Source: Bacilli bacterium (GTDB taxonomy: Bacteria; Bacillota_I; Bacilli_A; RF39; UBA660). From it: DNA of 64,000 bases. The notes under the pieces were generated by a model. It saw nothing but the letters and a program-made list of their open reading frames with translations, made no database searches and was not told the origin of the DNA. Where the stretch lies: the NCBI GenBank assembly GCA_017941235.1, contig JAGAWU010000024.1:615-64614 (forward strand), read 5' to 3'. Position 1 is the stretch's first letter. Each line of letters opens with the position of its first letter. A program made the position numbers and the translations under genes. Positions 39,460 through 52,924 of the stretch are shown one piece after another.

Positions 39460-42400
39460 ATGAAAATTGGTATTGATATTGATGGTGTTTTAAATTATAT
39501 AGAACAGTTTCAATTAGAACATGGTATTCCATGGTTTAAAGAAAGAGGATATGAAGTAGTAAATCCTAATGGTTATGATATTAAGGATATTTTTGGATGC
39601 TCTGATGAAGTAAGAAGAGAATTCTGGAAATCTTATGCTTCAGGTGGAAAAACAATATTAGATGCTTTATTATTTGATTTAGCAAAAAATGCTAAGATGA
39701 GACCTGGTGTAAAAGAATTACTTGATAAATTAGATCAAGATGGAGATAAAGTTTATATTATAACAGAGAGATATGGTACAAATAAAAAAGGTGCTATTGG
39801 ATCTTTTAATAAAAAACTAGTTTATGACTGGTTAAAAAATAATGGTGTTAATATACCTAAAGAAGATATTATATTTGTACCTGAAGGTAAAACAAAAAAA
39901 GATATTTATAAAGAAAAGAATATAGATGTAATATTAGAAGATAAAGTTGATAATATTAAAGCTATTGAAGAAATAGATGATTTATATGCTATTGTTTTTA
40001 ATGCTGGATTTAATAAAGATTATAATAATGATAAAGCATATAGGGTTGATTTACCTATTGAAGCTTATAGTAAAATAAAAGAAATAGAAAAAATAAAAGT
40101 ACAAAAAGAAAAAGATAAAAAAATAGTTAGACCAAATCAATTTAGTTCAACTACTGGTATTCCTTCAGTTGATAAAGTATGGAGACAATATTATACTGAA
40201 CAAGAAGAGAATATTGAAGTACCTAAGATGAAGATGATTGATTATTTAAAGGAACGTGCAAAAGCGTTTCCAGATGCAATTATGATAGAAGATGATTTTG
40301 GTCATAAATATACATATAAAGAATTTTTATATGAACTTGTGCCTCAATATGCTAAAGCATTTAAAAACTATGGGGTTAAACCTAATGAACCTGTAGTAAT
40401 TGCTCTTCCTAATGTTATTGCTACTCAAGCTGCTAAATTTGCATTAAATGAAATAGGTGCTATTCCTGTTATGGCTAATCCATTATCTAATGAAGATGAA
40501 TTTGGTAGATACTTATCATTAGAAGTTGATGGTAAAAAACCTAGAGTTATGTTAATGTTTAATAGAAGTTTTGATACTGTTAAAAAGGCAATTAAAAATA
40601 ATAATGTTTCATTAGAACATATTGTTAATATTGGTGTTAATTCAGATTTTGATTTTCCATATAATTTAGGATATAAGCTTACTCAAAGTAAATTTGATCC
40701 TAAAGATAAGGATTTAAAAGAAGTTCAAATTATTTCTAGTTTAAAAGAATTTTTAGATGGTGCTAAGAATGTAGAATCTTATGATAAGTCTTCATATCAT
40801 GAAAATGATACTGCTGTTATTTATTTTACTGGTGGTACGACAGGAAAAGAAAAAGCTGTTGAATGTACTAATGAGAATGCAATTGCTATTGCAAAACAGT
40901 TTACAATTTTAATTAAGAATGGTCAGATAAATGATGTTACTGTAAATGCGATGCCTTGGTTCCATGTTTTTGGAGATAACCAAATATTCTACTTTGCTGC
41001 TTGTAATGGTATGACTAACTATACAATGCCAAAATTCAACAGAAAAGATGTCGATAAGATGTTTAAAAAAGATATAGTTAATTATAATGGTGTTCCAGCT
41101 TTCTTAGTTGCTACCCATGCTAATCTTACAGATAAATCTAGATATGAATCTGTCAAATATATGATTTCTGGTGGTGCTGCATTACCATATGCTTCTCAAG
41201 TTGCTATTAATAAAGCATTAAAGAAGAGTGGTTCAAAAGCTGTTGTTGAAGTTGGATATGGTATTACTGAAGGTGCTGGTGGAGTTTGTTATACTCTAGT
41301 TGGTGCAGATGAAGCTAATTGTATTGGTATTCCAACACCAGGAACTAATATGAAAATTGTAAAACCTGGTACTAATGAAGAATTAACTTATGGTCAAGAT
41401 GGTGAAATTTGCTTTAGTGGTCCATCAGTTATGAAGGCATATTTAAATAATCCAGAAGAAACTGCAAAAAGTTTAAGAGTTCATGAAGATGGTAATGTTT
41501 GGTTCCATTCTGGTGATATGGGAAAAGTTAAAGAAAATGGGTTGTTCTATTTTAGTGATCGTATTAAAAGAATGATAATTGTAAGTGGAGAAAATGTATA
41601 TCCAAATAGAATAGAGAAAGAGATAATTGATAACTTTGGTGATATTGTTGATCAATGTTATATAATTCCTAAAAGTGATGCAGCAAAAGGTGAAGTCCCA
41701 GTTGCAAAAGTTTTACTAAAAAATGGTGTTACTCCAAGTTTAGAAGTTAAAAATGCAATATTAAATACTATTAAAGAAAAATTTAAGAATAAAAAATACT
41801 GGCCTACAGAATTAGATTTTATTAAATCAGTTCCTCAAACTAAAATGAGTAAAGCTGATTATAAAAAATTAAATGATCCTGAATTAGTCATTGATATAGA
41901 AGAAAAAATTGATACTAATACGTCAAAACATACTAAATTAAAAGATAATTATGCAGGTAATAGATTTTATAAAGCATTTTCTGATATATATTCACCAATT
42001 TATAAATCTAAATTATTAGGTAGGGATGTTACATATATTGGTGAAGAGAACTTACCTAAACAAGGTTCAGGTATTATTACAATGAATCATTTAAATGCAC
42101 AAGATCAAAATGCTGTTTTAGCAAGTGTTGATAGGATTGTATCTTTACCTGCTAAAAAAGAGTATTTTGATAGTAAACTTTCAAATTATTTTATGAGTAA
42201 AATGGAAATGATTCCTGTTGATAGATATGGTGATATTGAATATGCTAAGGAATGGATTAAAGGGTTAATAACAACTATTCCATTACAAGACTTTGAAACT
42301 CAAAATGAAATAGTTAAAAATATAAATTCTTATGTAGATTCAGTTGATTCTAAGGAAATAAAAAATCCAACTAATTTGGTTAATAATATTATAAATTATA

Positions 42401-42975
42401 TTAATTCTAAATCTTATGGTTATGTATCTGATGAAGCTGTTAGAAGAATTTCTAATATGCCAACATCTGGTATTGAAAATGGTTATGGTAGAGCACTTAA
42501 AATTAATGAAGAAGTTGCTAAAAGACTTAATGCAGGTAGATTAGTTGCTGTATTCCCTGAGGGAACTAGAAATAAAGATTTTTCTGAGACAGGAACTTTA
42601 TTACCTTTCCATAGTGGTGCTGTATACTGGGCTAGAGATTCTTATTCTCCTATAATACCTACTGCAGTAACTGGAGAACATAAACGTGGTGGAAGTATTT
42701 TAGTAAGATCTGGAGAGCCAATGAAGATAGATAGTGATTTATCTGATTCAGATGTAAAAGATGCTACTAGAGAGTTAGAAAATAGAGTTTATGAACTTGT
42801 TTTATTAAACTTAGTTGATCAAGATAATGTAGAAAATAATAAAGCTTTAAAGAATGCTATTGAATATCTAAAAAACAAAAATGATTCTAAGAGTAAAGCA
42901 TTACTTGAAATTATTTTTAAAGAATTAAGCATTAATGATATAGAAAGAAATAAAGAGTTTTTAAAGAGAATATAA
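39460..42975 (+). CDS. Three-domain fusion: HAD phosphatase (NT5C-like) + AMP-binding acyl-CoA/ACP ligase + PlsC-type acyltransferase
   Basis: IGIDIDGV, ITER, ILEDK (HAD); YFTGGTTGKEK, PWFHVFG, GYGITE, HSGDMG, DRIKRMII.SGENVYP (ANL); NHLNAQD, FPEGTR, PIIP (PlsC); GGGG RBS before ATG 39460; TTGACA-TATAAT promoter. Confidence 0.9.
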   Translation: MKIGIDIDGVLNYIEQFQLEHGIPWFKERGYEVVNPNGYDIKDIFGCSDEVRREFWKSYASGGKTILDALLFDLAKNAKMRPGVKELLDKLDQDGDKVYIITERYGTNKKGAIGSFNKKLVYDWLKNNGVNIPKEDIIFVPEGKTKKDIYKEKNIDVILEDKVDNIKAIEEIDDLYAIVFNAGFNKDYNNDKAYRVDLPIEAYSKIKEIEKIKVQKEKDKKIVRPNQFSSTTGIPSVDKVWRQYYTEQEENIEVPKMKMIDYLKERAKAFPDAIMIEDDFGHKYTYKEFLYELVPQYAKAFKNYGVKPNEPVVIALPNVIATQAAKFALNEIGAIPVMANPLSNEDEFGRYLSLEVDGKKPRVMLMFNRSFDTVKKAIKNNNVSLEHIVNIGVNSDFDFPYNLGYKLTQSKFDPKDKDLKEVQIISSLKEFLDGAKNVESYDKSSYHENDTAVIYFTGGTTGKEKAVECTNENAIAIAKQFTILIKNGQINDVTVNAMPWFHVFGDNQIFYFAACNGMTNYTMPKFNRKDVDKMFKKDIVNYNGVPAFLVATHANLTDKSRYESVKYMISGGAALPYASQVAINKALKKSGSKAVVEVGYGITEGAGGVCYTLVGADEANCIGIPTPGTNMKIVKPGTNEELTYGQDGEICFSGPSVMKAYLNNPEETAKSLRVHEDGNVWFHSGDMGKVKENGLFYFSDRIKRMIIVSGENVYPNRIEKEIIDNFGDIVDQCYIIPKSDAAKGEVPVAKVLLKNGVTPSLEVKNAILNTIKEKFKNKKYWPTELDFIKSVPQTKMSKADYKKLNDPELVIDIEEKIDTNTSKHTKLKDNYAGNRFYKAFSDIYSPIYKSKLLGRDVTYIGEENLPKQGSGIITMNHLNAQDQNAVLASVDRIVSLPAKKEYFDSKLSNYFMSKMEMIPVDRYGDIEYAKEWIKGLITTIPLQDFETQNEIVKNINSYVDSVDSKEIKNPTNLVNNIINYINSKSYGYVSDEAVRRISNMPTSGIENGYGRALKINEEVAKRLNAGRLVAVFPEGTRNKDFSETGTLLPFHSGAVYWARDSYSPIIPTAVTGEHKRGGSILVRSGEPMKIDSDLSDSDVKDATRELENRVYELVLLNLVDQDNVENNKALKNAIEYLKNKNDSKSKALLEIIFKELSINDIERNKEFLKRI

Positions 42976-43075
42976 AAAATTAATTTACATATTTATAAAA
43001 AAGTACTTTTGATGTACTTTTTTTTCTTTAAAAAATAGGTGAAATATGTTATCATTATGATGAGGATATGATGTT

Positions 43076-46137
<3,062 letters not shown>

Positions 46138-46164
46138 AATATCACTTAATATTGTGATATTTTT

Positions 46165-46479
46165 TTATAGATAAAAAATAGGGGAGTAAGATTTCTTTTC
46201 TTCATCTCTTTTATAGTTATTATTATAACTATTATTTATATATTGTTTATTATTGTTATGGTTATTCGTTTCCTTTAATCCATTTGCAATTTTAAATACA
46301 GTTTTTGCATTTGATATTATTGGTTTTATTTGATATACAATAGGTATGGCTTGATTTATTACTCCTAGTGTTTTTCCTGCATTACCTAAAAAAGTTCCCC
46401 AATTTATATTTTTTAGCATTCCTAGTATTCCAGGCTTTAGTAAGTTTTGATTAGTATATATAAATGGATTGTTATACAT
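46165..46479 (-). CDS. YqfQ/VrrA-like small protein
   Basis: INW..FL.NA.KTLGVINQAIP.V.Q..P...NA pattern; GAGG RBS on minus strand. Confidence 0.55.
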   Translation of the reverse strand: MYNNPFIYTNQNLLKPGILGMLKNINWGTFLGNAGKTLGVINQAIPIVYQIKPIISNAKTVFKIANGLKETNNHNNNKQYINNSYNNNYKRDEEKKSYSPIFYL

Positions 46480-46587
46480 TTTCTCACTTCCTCAATTTAT
46501 TATATGAAAAAAAGTAAAAAAGTTTTATAATTATCTTTTTTTTTAATTAATTATTTGATAAAATTATATAAGATAGGAGTGTTTTGT

Positions 46588-47880
46588 ATGAGTGAAGAAA
46601 AGAAAATAGAAAATGCTAATTCTGCAACTTCTAAAAAAAATTCTAAGAAGATTAATAAACATAGTGATAGACCACTTTTTCCTTTCAGATATACTGCAAA
46701 AACAGCTAGTGGTAGAAAAATAACTGGTATTTTTGAAGCAGAAAGTGTAAATGATTGTAGACATTTACTTGAAGTTCAAGGTTATACAGATATTGAGGTT
46801 AATCTTAAGAAAAAATATGATGTTGATATCATTTTAACTACAAAAATTGCTCCAGGTGATTTAGCTTTTGATTTAACTCAGCTTTCTACTTATATAAAAG
46901 CTGGTATTCCACTTGTTGATTCGGTAAAAATACTTTCACATCAATCAACAAAGCCTGCACAAAGAAGAGCTTATCAACTTTTACTTTATGATTTGCTTAG
47001 AGGTGATAATTTAAGTGATGCTATGGATAAACAAGAAAATGTTTTTCCAGCACTTTTAGTTAATATGGTAAGGACAGCTGAGATGACAGGTGATCTGCCT
47101 ACTATACTTGATGATATGGCTGAATATTATGAATCAATTGAGACAGTAAAGAAAGAAATGAGAAGTGCAATGACATATCCAGTTATTGTTATAATACTTG
47201 CTATTGGAGTACTTGTATTTATGCTTTTATACTTAGTACCACAGTTTGTTTCATTGTATGAAGATCAAGGAGCCACGCTTCCAACTATTACACTAGTTGT
47301 AATTGGAATGTCTAATTTTCTCAAAAATAATTATTTAATTATTTTAATAGTTTTATTTGCAATAATAGTATCATTCTGGTATTGTTATTCAAATATTAAA
47401 TCATTTAGATCTTTTGTACAGAAAGTACTTATGCATTTTCCTGTAATAGGAAATATAATTATATATAAAGAAGTTTATAATTTTACCAAAACATTTGCTT
47501 CTCTTACTAATCATGGTGTTTTTATAACTGATTCAATGGAGATACTTGGTAAAATTACTACTAATGAAGTTTATAAAAGAATAATTAATAAAACAATGAC
47601 AAACTTATCAAAAGGTGATCCAGTATCTGAAGCTTTTAAAGGTGAGTGGGCATTCCCTGAAATAGCATATCAAATGCTTGTTACAGGAGAAAATACTGGT
47701 CAGCTTGGACTTATGATGGAAAAGGTATCAGAACATTATCAAATGCTTCATAAAACAGCAACTAATCAATTAAAAAGTATGATTGAACCAGCAATGATAA
47801 TTATACTTGCTGGAATAGTAGGAGTATTATTACTTTCTATTGTTACACCAATGTTTGATATTTATAATCAAATAAATTAG
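46588..47880 (+). CDS. pilC: Type IV pilus platform protein (PilC / T2SS F family)
   Basis: QLST..KAGIPL, AEMTG.L..L..MA.YY, AMTYP, GE.TG.L..M..KV, IEP..I motifs. Confidence 0.92.
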   Translation: MSEEKKIENANSATSKKNSKKINKHSDRPLFPFRYTAKTASGRKITGIFEAESVNDCRHLLEVQGYTDIEVNLKKKYDVDIILTTKIAPGDLAFDLTQLSTYIKAGIPLVDSVKILSHQSTKPAQRRAYQLLLYDLLRGDNLSDAMDKQENVFPALLVNMVRTAEMTGDLPTILDDMAEYYESIETVKKEMRSAMTYPVIVIILAIGVLVFMLLYLVPQFVSLYEDQGATLPTITLVVIGMSNFLKNNYLIILIVLFAIIVSFWYCYSNIKSFRSFVQKVLMHFPVIGNIIIYKEVYNFTKTFASLTNHGVFITDSMEILGKITTNEVYKRIINKTMTNLSKGDPVSEAFKGEWAFPEIAYQMLVTGENTGQLGLMMEKVSEHYQMLHKTATNQLKSMIEPAMIIILAGIVGVLLLSIVTPMFDIYNQIN

Positions 47881-47889
47881 GAGCTATTA

Positions 47890-48651
47890 TTGATGAAAAT
47901 GTATTTAATTATATTCTACATATTTGGTGCTATAATTAGTTCCTTTTTATGTGTAGTAGGAATGAGACTTCCAAAAAAAATAGACTTTATAAAAGGTAAA
48001 TCTAGGTGTGACAATTGTGATCATGAATTAAAATTTTATGAACTTGTACCTATATTTTCATATTTATTTCTTGGTGGGAAATGTAAAAGATGTAAAACTC
48101 AAATTTCAGTATTAATTCCTATTTGTGAAATAATAGGTGGACTTCTTGCTAGTATATCATTTTATAGATTTGGTTTTAGTGTTGAACTTGTATTTGCACT
48201 TTTAATTTCATCACTTTTCTTAATTGTTTTAGTAACTGATGTTAATTACTTTATAATACCTGATGAAATTATACTTGTTTATTCAGTATTTTTCTTGGTA
48301 TTACAATTTGCAAATGGTGGATTTAGAAATTTACTTTATCATTTATGTGTTGCAATATTTCTATTTTTTGTGATGTATTTAACAATGCTGTTAGGTGAGT
48401 TCTTATTTAAAAAAGAATCGCTTGGTGGAGGAGATGTAAAACTATTATTCTTATTTGGATTGGTACTTGATCCATTAGGTGGAGTTTTAACAATATTTTT
48501 AGGTAGTATAATAGCTTTACCTATTTCTCTTATTGTTCTTATAAAAAATAAAACTAATATGATACCATTCGGACCGTTTTTGGTACTTGCATTTCTTGTT
48601 ATTTATTTTTTGAATTTTACACCTACAGATTTTTTAAATTTATTAACTTAA
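47890..48651 (+). CDS. pilD: Prepilin peptidase (A24)
   Basis: S.CD.C.H.L...ELVP..SY....GKC..CK zinc domain, D....IP, GGGDVKL, PFGPFL. Confidence 0.93.
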   Translation: MMKMYLIIFYIFGAIISSFLCVVGMRLPKKIDFIKGKSRCDNCDHELKFYELVPIFSYLFLGGKCKRCKTQISVLIPICEIIGGLLASISFYRFGFSVELVFALLISSLFLIVLVTDVNYFIIPDEIILVYSVFFLVLQFANGGFRNLLYHLCVAIFLFFVMYLTMLLGEFLFKKESLGGGDVKLLFLFGLVLDPLGGVLTIFLGSIIALPISLIVLIKNKTNMIPFGPFLVLAFLVIYFLNFTPTDFLNLLT

Positions 48652-48716
48652 ACACTTTAAAAAAAGTGTTTTCTTTATTATAATATAAAGTATTAAATTA
48701 TTTAGGAGGTATATTT

Positions 48717-50033
48717 ATGCATATAACTATTTTACCTGCAGATACTTATGTTGTTATTAATAAAACAGTATTAAATGAGCAAGATAGAAAAATTATAACA
48801 ATGCTTTATCAACCTATAATAGGTTTTGCTGCTGTTAGTTTATATTTTACTTTAATAGATGACTTAGATAAAAAAGAAGTAAGAAGTGATGAACTTACAC
48901 ATCATCATTTAATGGCAACTATGCAACTTAAACTTGATGAAATAGTTGTAGCAAGAGAAAAATTAGAGGGTGTAGGACTTCTAAAAACTTATTATAGACA
49001 AGATAATGTTAATAATTATGTTTATCTTTTATATTCTCCTATAAGTGCTAATGACTTTTTTAATCATCCAATACTTAATATAGTTTTATATAATAATTTG
49101 GGTAAAGAAGAATATAATAAACTTTTAAATGTATTCAGAATACCAAGAATATTGCTTAAGGATTATGAAGATATAACAAGATCTTTTGACCAAGTTTTTT
49201 CATCAGTTCCTGGTAGAAGTGAAATACTTATAAGTGATGTAGCTAGTAAAAATACATCTAGTATTTTTCTTAATGATAGTATTGATTTTGATATGCTTAT
49301 TTCTAGTATTCCTAAAGATATGGTAAATGAGAAATGTTTTACAAATGAAGTAAAAGAACTGATTAATAATTTAGTGTTTACTTATCATATAGATCAATTT
49401 CATATGCAGGATTTAGTTAGAGATTCTTTAAATGAGAGAGGATTAATTGATAAGAATGAATTAAGAAAGAATTGTAGAAATATTTATCAACTTGATAATT
49501 CTGGTAGTTTACCTACACTTGTTTATTCAAAGCAACCAGAATATTTAAAGAAACCAGTTGGTGATAATTCAAAGTGGGCTAAGATGGTTTATACATTTGA
49601 AAACACTACTCCTTATAATTATTTAAAGGCTCAATATAATGGGTCAGAGCCAACTAGTCGTGATTTAAGATTAATAGAAGGACTTCTTGTTGAACATAAG
49701 CTTAATCCTGGAGTAGTTAATGTTTTAATATCTTATGTTCTTAAAATTAATAATCAAAAATTAAATAAGAGTTATTTAGAAACAATTGTAGGTCAATGGA
49801 AAAGATTAAAAGTTGAAACAGTAGAAGATGCTATGAGAGTAACTGAAAAAGAACATAAAAAGTTAAAGAAACTTATTAATAAAGATAAAAATACTACCGT
49901 TTCTACTAGAAAATATTCAACACGAAATATTGAAGAAAAACTTCCTGATTGGTTTGATAAAGAAATAGAAAGTAGTGAAACAAGCAAGCAAGAGCAAGAT
50001 GAGATGGAAAAACTTTTAAAAGATTTCAATTGA
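48717..50033 (+). CDS. dnaB: Replication initiation / helicase loader DnaB (Bacillus type)
   Basis: LYQPIIG..AVSLY, KLEGVGLLKTY, L.PGVVNVLI.Y, W....V.TVE.AM, EKLPDWF. Confidence 0.88.
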   Translation: MHITILPADTYVVINKTVLNEQDRKIITMLYQPIIGFAAVSLYFTLIDDLDKKEVRSDELTHHHLMATMQLKLDEIVVAREKLEGVGLLKTYYRQDNVNNYVYLLYSPISANDFFNHPILNIVLYNNLGKEEYNKLLNVFRIPRILLKDYEDITRSFDQVFSSVPGRSEILISDVASKNTSSIFLNDSIDFDMLISSIPKDMVNEKCFTNEVKELINNLVFTYHIDQFHMQDLVRDSLNERGLIDKNELRKNCRNIYQLDNSGSLPTLVYSKQPEYLKKPVGDNSKWAKMVYTFENTTPYNYLKAQYNGSEPTSRDLRLIEGLLVEHKLNPGVVNVLISYVLKINNQKLNKSYLETIVGQWKRLKVETVEDAMRVTEKEHKKLKKLINKDKNTTVSTRKYSTRNIEEKLPDWFDKEIESSETSKQEQDEMEKLLKDFN

Positions 50034-50094
50034 CATTATTTACAAAGTTTATTTTACATGATTTGAATTTTTCTTTTAAATATGATATTATTTA

Positions 50095-50631
50095 ATGGAT
50101 ACGTATAAGGAGAATTCGATGAAGAAATTAAAGGAAGAACATTTTTATAAAAATGAAGAGTTTTATTCTATAATAGAGGATATACTTAATAATGATAAAT
50201 TTAATGAATTAAAGCTTGTTAGACATCATGGTATTACTAGATTTAATCATTCCCTTAGAGTTTCTTATTATACTTATTTAACTACAAAAAAATTAAATTT
50301 AAATTATGTAGAAGCAACTAGAGCTGCACTTTTACATGATTTTTTTACTGATGAATTAAAAGGTGAAAAAATGAAAGTTGCTTTAAGAAGACATCCTTTT
50401 ATAGCATTAGAAAATTCTAAAAAATATTTTGAAATTTCTGATTTACAGGCTGATATAATTGTTAAGCATATGTTTCCTGTTACAAAAGAATTACCAAAAT
50501 ATAAAGAAAGTTTTATAGTTGATATTATTGACGATATTTCTAGTGTTTATGAAAGAACTTATAGTATTAATACTGAATTTCAAGCAGCGCTTAATTTTAT
50601 ATTAATAGCTATTCTATTAAGAATAAGATAA
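50095..50631 (+). CDS. HD-domain phosphohydrolase (start may be 50119)
   Basis: HHG.TR..HS..VSY, ALLHDFF, HP..AL, I.KHMFP. Confidence 0.85.
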   Translation: MDTYKENSMKKLKEEHFYKNEEFYSIIEDILNNDKFNELKLVRHHGITRFNHSLRVSYYTYLTTKKLNLNYVEATRAALLHDFFTDELKGEKMKVALRRHPFIALENSKKYFEISDLQADIIVKHMFPVTKELPKYKESFIVDIIDDISSVYERTYSINTEFQAALNFILIAILLRIR

Positions 50632-50641
50632 TTCTTTATTT

Positions 50642-50718
50642 GTTCTCGTAGCTCAGTAGGATAGAGCAATCGCCTCCTAAGCGATAGGTCGTTGGTTCGA
50701 TTCCAATCGGGAACACCA
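50642..50718 (+). tRNA. tRNA-Arg (anticodon CCT)
   Basis: Cloverleaf: GTTCTCG/CGGGAAC acceptor, ATCGC-CTCCTAA-GCGAT anticodon arm, GTTCGA T-loop, encoded CCA. Confidence 0.97.
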
Positions 50719-50798
50719 TTATGAAATTAATGTATTTTTACATTTATATAATTATAAATACAATATTATAGTAGTTTATTTAATAGAAGGAGGATTAT

Positions 50799-51416
50799 AT
50801 GAATAATGTTGATATAGTTGGTATTGGAAATCTTGATACTGTAATTAATTTGTTTTCGAGTGTAAATGGGTTAGGAGAGGATAATTGCTTTTTAGTAGTT
50901 CTTAATAGAGATTATGTTCCGTCTAGTATTGATCCTAGCAGTACTTTAAAAACTAGTTCTACAGTAGTTGGGGCTAAAGCTGGTGGAATTGCAGGAGGAT
51001 TAGTTGGTGGAGCTATTGCTAGTTCAGTGAATGCTTCAATTGAAGAAGCTGTTAATGAATTTAATAGTAAATTAACTGATCAACAAAAAGTATTATTTAG
51101 TAGAAATGTATATTGTGGATTCTTAATTAATGTTGTTGATAAAGGAATAGGTGTTATACCACTAAAAAATAGTGGACAATTAATTCCTAGAATTAAGGAT
51201 CTTATAACTGATATAGATAGTTATGTATTTATGAGTAGTGATGAAATAGAAAAGATTAAAATAGAAAAATTACCATTACATTTTTCATCAAGAAAATTAG
51301 CAGTTTATTTTAAGAATTTAGGTAATACTAGTACACAATGGACATTACCTATGAAAGATAAATTTGTTTCTTATCAACAAGAAAATTATAATAAGTTAGC
51401 TAATAAATTGAAATAA
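50799..51416 (+). CDS. Hypothetical protein with glycine-zipper segment
   Basis: GGAGG RBS; GAKAGGIAGGLVGGAIA. Confidence 0.7.
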   Translation: MNNVDIVGIGNLDTVINLFSSVNGLGEDNCFLVVLNRDYVPSSIDPSSTLKTSSTVVGAKAGGIAGGLVGGAIASSVNASIEEAVNEFNSKLTDQQKVLFSRNVYCGFLINVVDKGIGVIPLKNSGQLIPRIKDLITDIDSYVFMSSDEIEKIKIEKLPLHFSSRKLAVYFKNLGNTSTQWTLPMKDKFVSYQQENYNKLANKLK

Positions 51417-51442
51417 TATAAAATGAAGGATGGAGGAATTAT

Positions 51443-51850
51443 ATGTTTTGCTCAAATTGTGGTAAGGAAGTTAAAGGTAACTTTTGTGGAGCATGTGGTA
51501 CAAAAGTAGTAGGAAACACTGTTCAAGAAGAAAATAGTACTATAAAAGTGGAAGAAGGTACTTCAAGAAATGTAGTATTAACTGTTACAAGAACAAAGAA
51601 AATTTTGGGATTTGCAATATCCTTTTCAGTATATGTTGATGGTGTGCAAATTGGAAGTTTAGGTAATGGAAAAAGTTTAACTTATAATGTATCAGAAGGA
51701 AATCATAAAGTAGTATTTAAATGTGTAGAAAAAGATGTGATACAAGAAATCAATGTTCTTAGTACAACTAATAGTGTTGAAGTAGTATGCCATGCAAAAA
51801 TGGGATTAGTTGCTGCAGTAGCTAATGTTGATGAAGTTAAATATAATTAG
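51443..51850 (+). CDS. Zinc-ribbon domain protein
   Basis: MFCSNCG...NFCGACG; C-terminal beta domain VYVDG..IG.L.NG. Confidence 0.8.
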   Translation: MFCSNCGKEVKGNFCGACGTKVVGNTVQEENSTIKVEEGTSRNVVLTVTRTKKILGFAISFSVYVDGVQIGSLGNGKSLTYNVSEGNHKVVFKCVEKDVIQEINVLSTTNSVEVVCHAKMGLVAAVANVDEVKYN

Positions 51851-51879
51851 TACTAAATAAAAAAATATTAGTTTTTCAA

Positions 51880-52785
51880 CTAATATTTTTTTTGGAATTT
51901 TCCTTTTTCTTTTTCTATTACTTGTATTATTCTAGCTATAATATTTAGTGCAATTTGTTCTGTTTTTCTATTTTCATCTCTAAGTGGGTTAAATTCAACC
52001 ACATCCATTGATGATATTTGAGCGTTATGTTTTAATACTTCTTCAAGTATTTCCATTGCTTCTTTTTCATTAATTCCATCAACTTCTGGTACTGATACAC
52101 CAGGAGCAACATCAGGATCTATTACATCTAAATCATAACTTACATGGACAGATTTATTTCTATCCATAGCAATGGCAAATGCTTCATCAATTACTGTTTT
52201 TATACCTTTAGTTCTTATATCTTCTGTAGAATATACAGTTACACCTGAATATCTAATATTATCTTCTTCCCAAGGATCTATACTTCTTGCACCAATAATT
52301 ACTGTTCTTTTAGGGTCTATACAAGTACCATCAAAAAATGTTCTTAGTTCTTCACATTTCCAACCAGTTATTGCGGCACATGGAAGGCCATGAATATTTC
52401 CTGTAACTGTTGTTTCAAAAGTATTGTAATCAGTGTGCGCATCAATCCAAATTAGACCGATTTTTCCATCATTTACTTTAGCGTCTGCAAGTGTTGATGC
52501 AACTGCTATAGAATGATCTCCACCTAAAGTTATTGGAAATAATTTTTCTTCTAATTTTTTAAGCTCTATTTTATATAGGGCAGTATTAAATTTTTCTATT
52601 TCTACATTGTTTTTCTTTTTGTCTGATAGATTTCTGCTTTTGACGAAATGTTCATCTTGCATTAGGTTAATCATTTCACCAGTGTAAAAGCTTTTCATAT
52701 CATTCATTAGTTGTAATGGTCCAAGATGAGCTCCATCTATGTGAACACCTAAATCACTACCAGCACCTATTACTACAGTTTTCAT
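51880..52785 (-). CDS. rocF: Arginase
   Basis: GGDHS, DAHTD.NT..T..TGN.HG.P, SYDLDVIDP..APG..VP...G, VEFNP. Confidence 0.9.
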   Translation of the reverse strand: MKTVVIGAGSDLGVHIDGAHLGPLQLMNDMKSFYTGEMINLMQDEHFVKSRNLSDKKKNNVEIEKFNTALYKIELKKLEEKLFPITLGGDHSIAVASTLADAKVNDGKIGLIWIDAHTDYNTFETTVTGNIHGLPCAAITGWKCEELRTFFDGTCIDPKRTVIIGARSIDPWEEDNIRYSGVTVYSTEDIRTKGIKTVIDEAFAIAMDRNKSVHVSYDLDVIDPDVAPGVSVPEVDGINEKEAMEILEEVLKHNAQISSMDVVEFNPLRDENRKTEQIALNIIARIIQVIEKEKGKFQKKY

Positions 52786-52835
52786 ATTTTATCACCATTC
52801 TTATTTTATATGAAATTTTTTTTATTCTCAAGGGG

Positions 52836-52863
52836 TTAACACAATTTTAACAAAATCTTTACA
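52836..52863. promoter_or_regulatory. Three TTWACA hexamers at 11-bp period (WalR/PhoP-type box) between rocF and murE
   Basis: TTAACA-CAATT-TTAACA-AAATC-TTTACA. Confidence 0.5.
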
Positions 52864-52924
52864 AAAAATAGATTACTTAATTATTTTGTGATATTATTGT
52901 AATAGATGGGAAGGTAATAATTAT

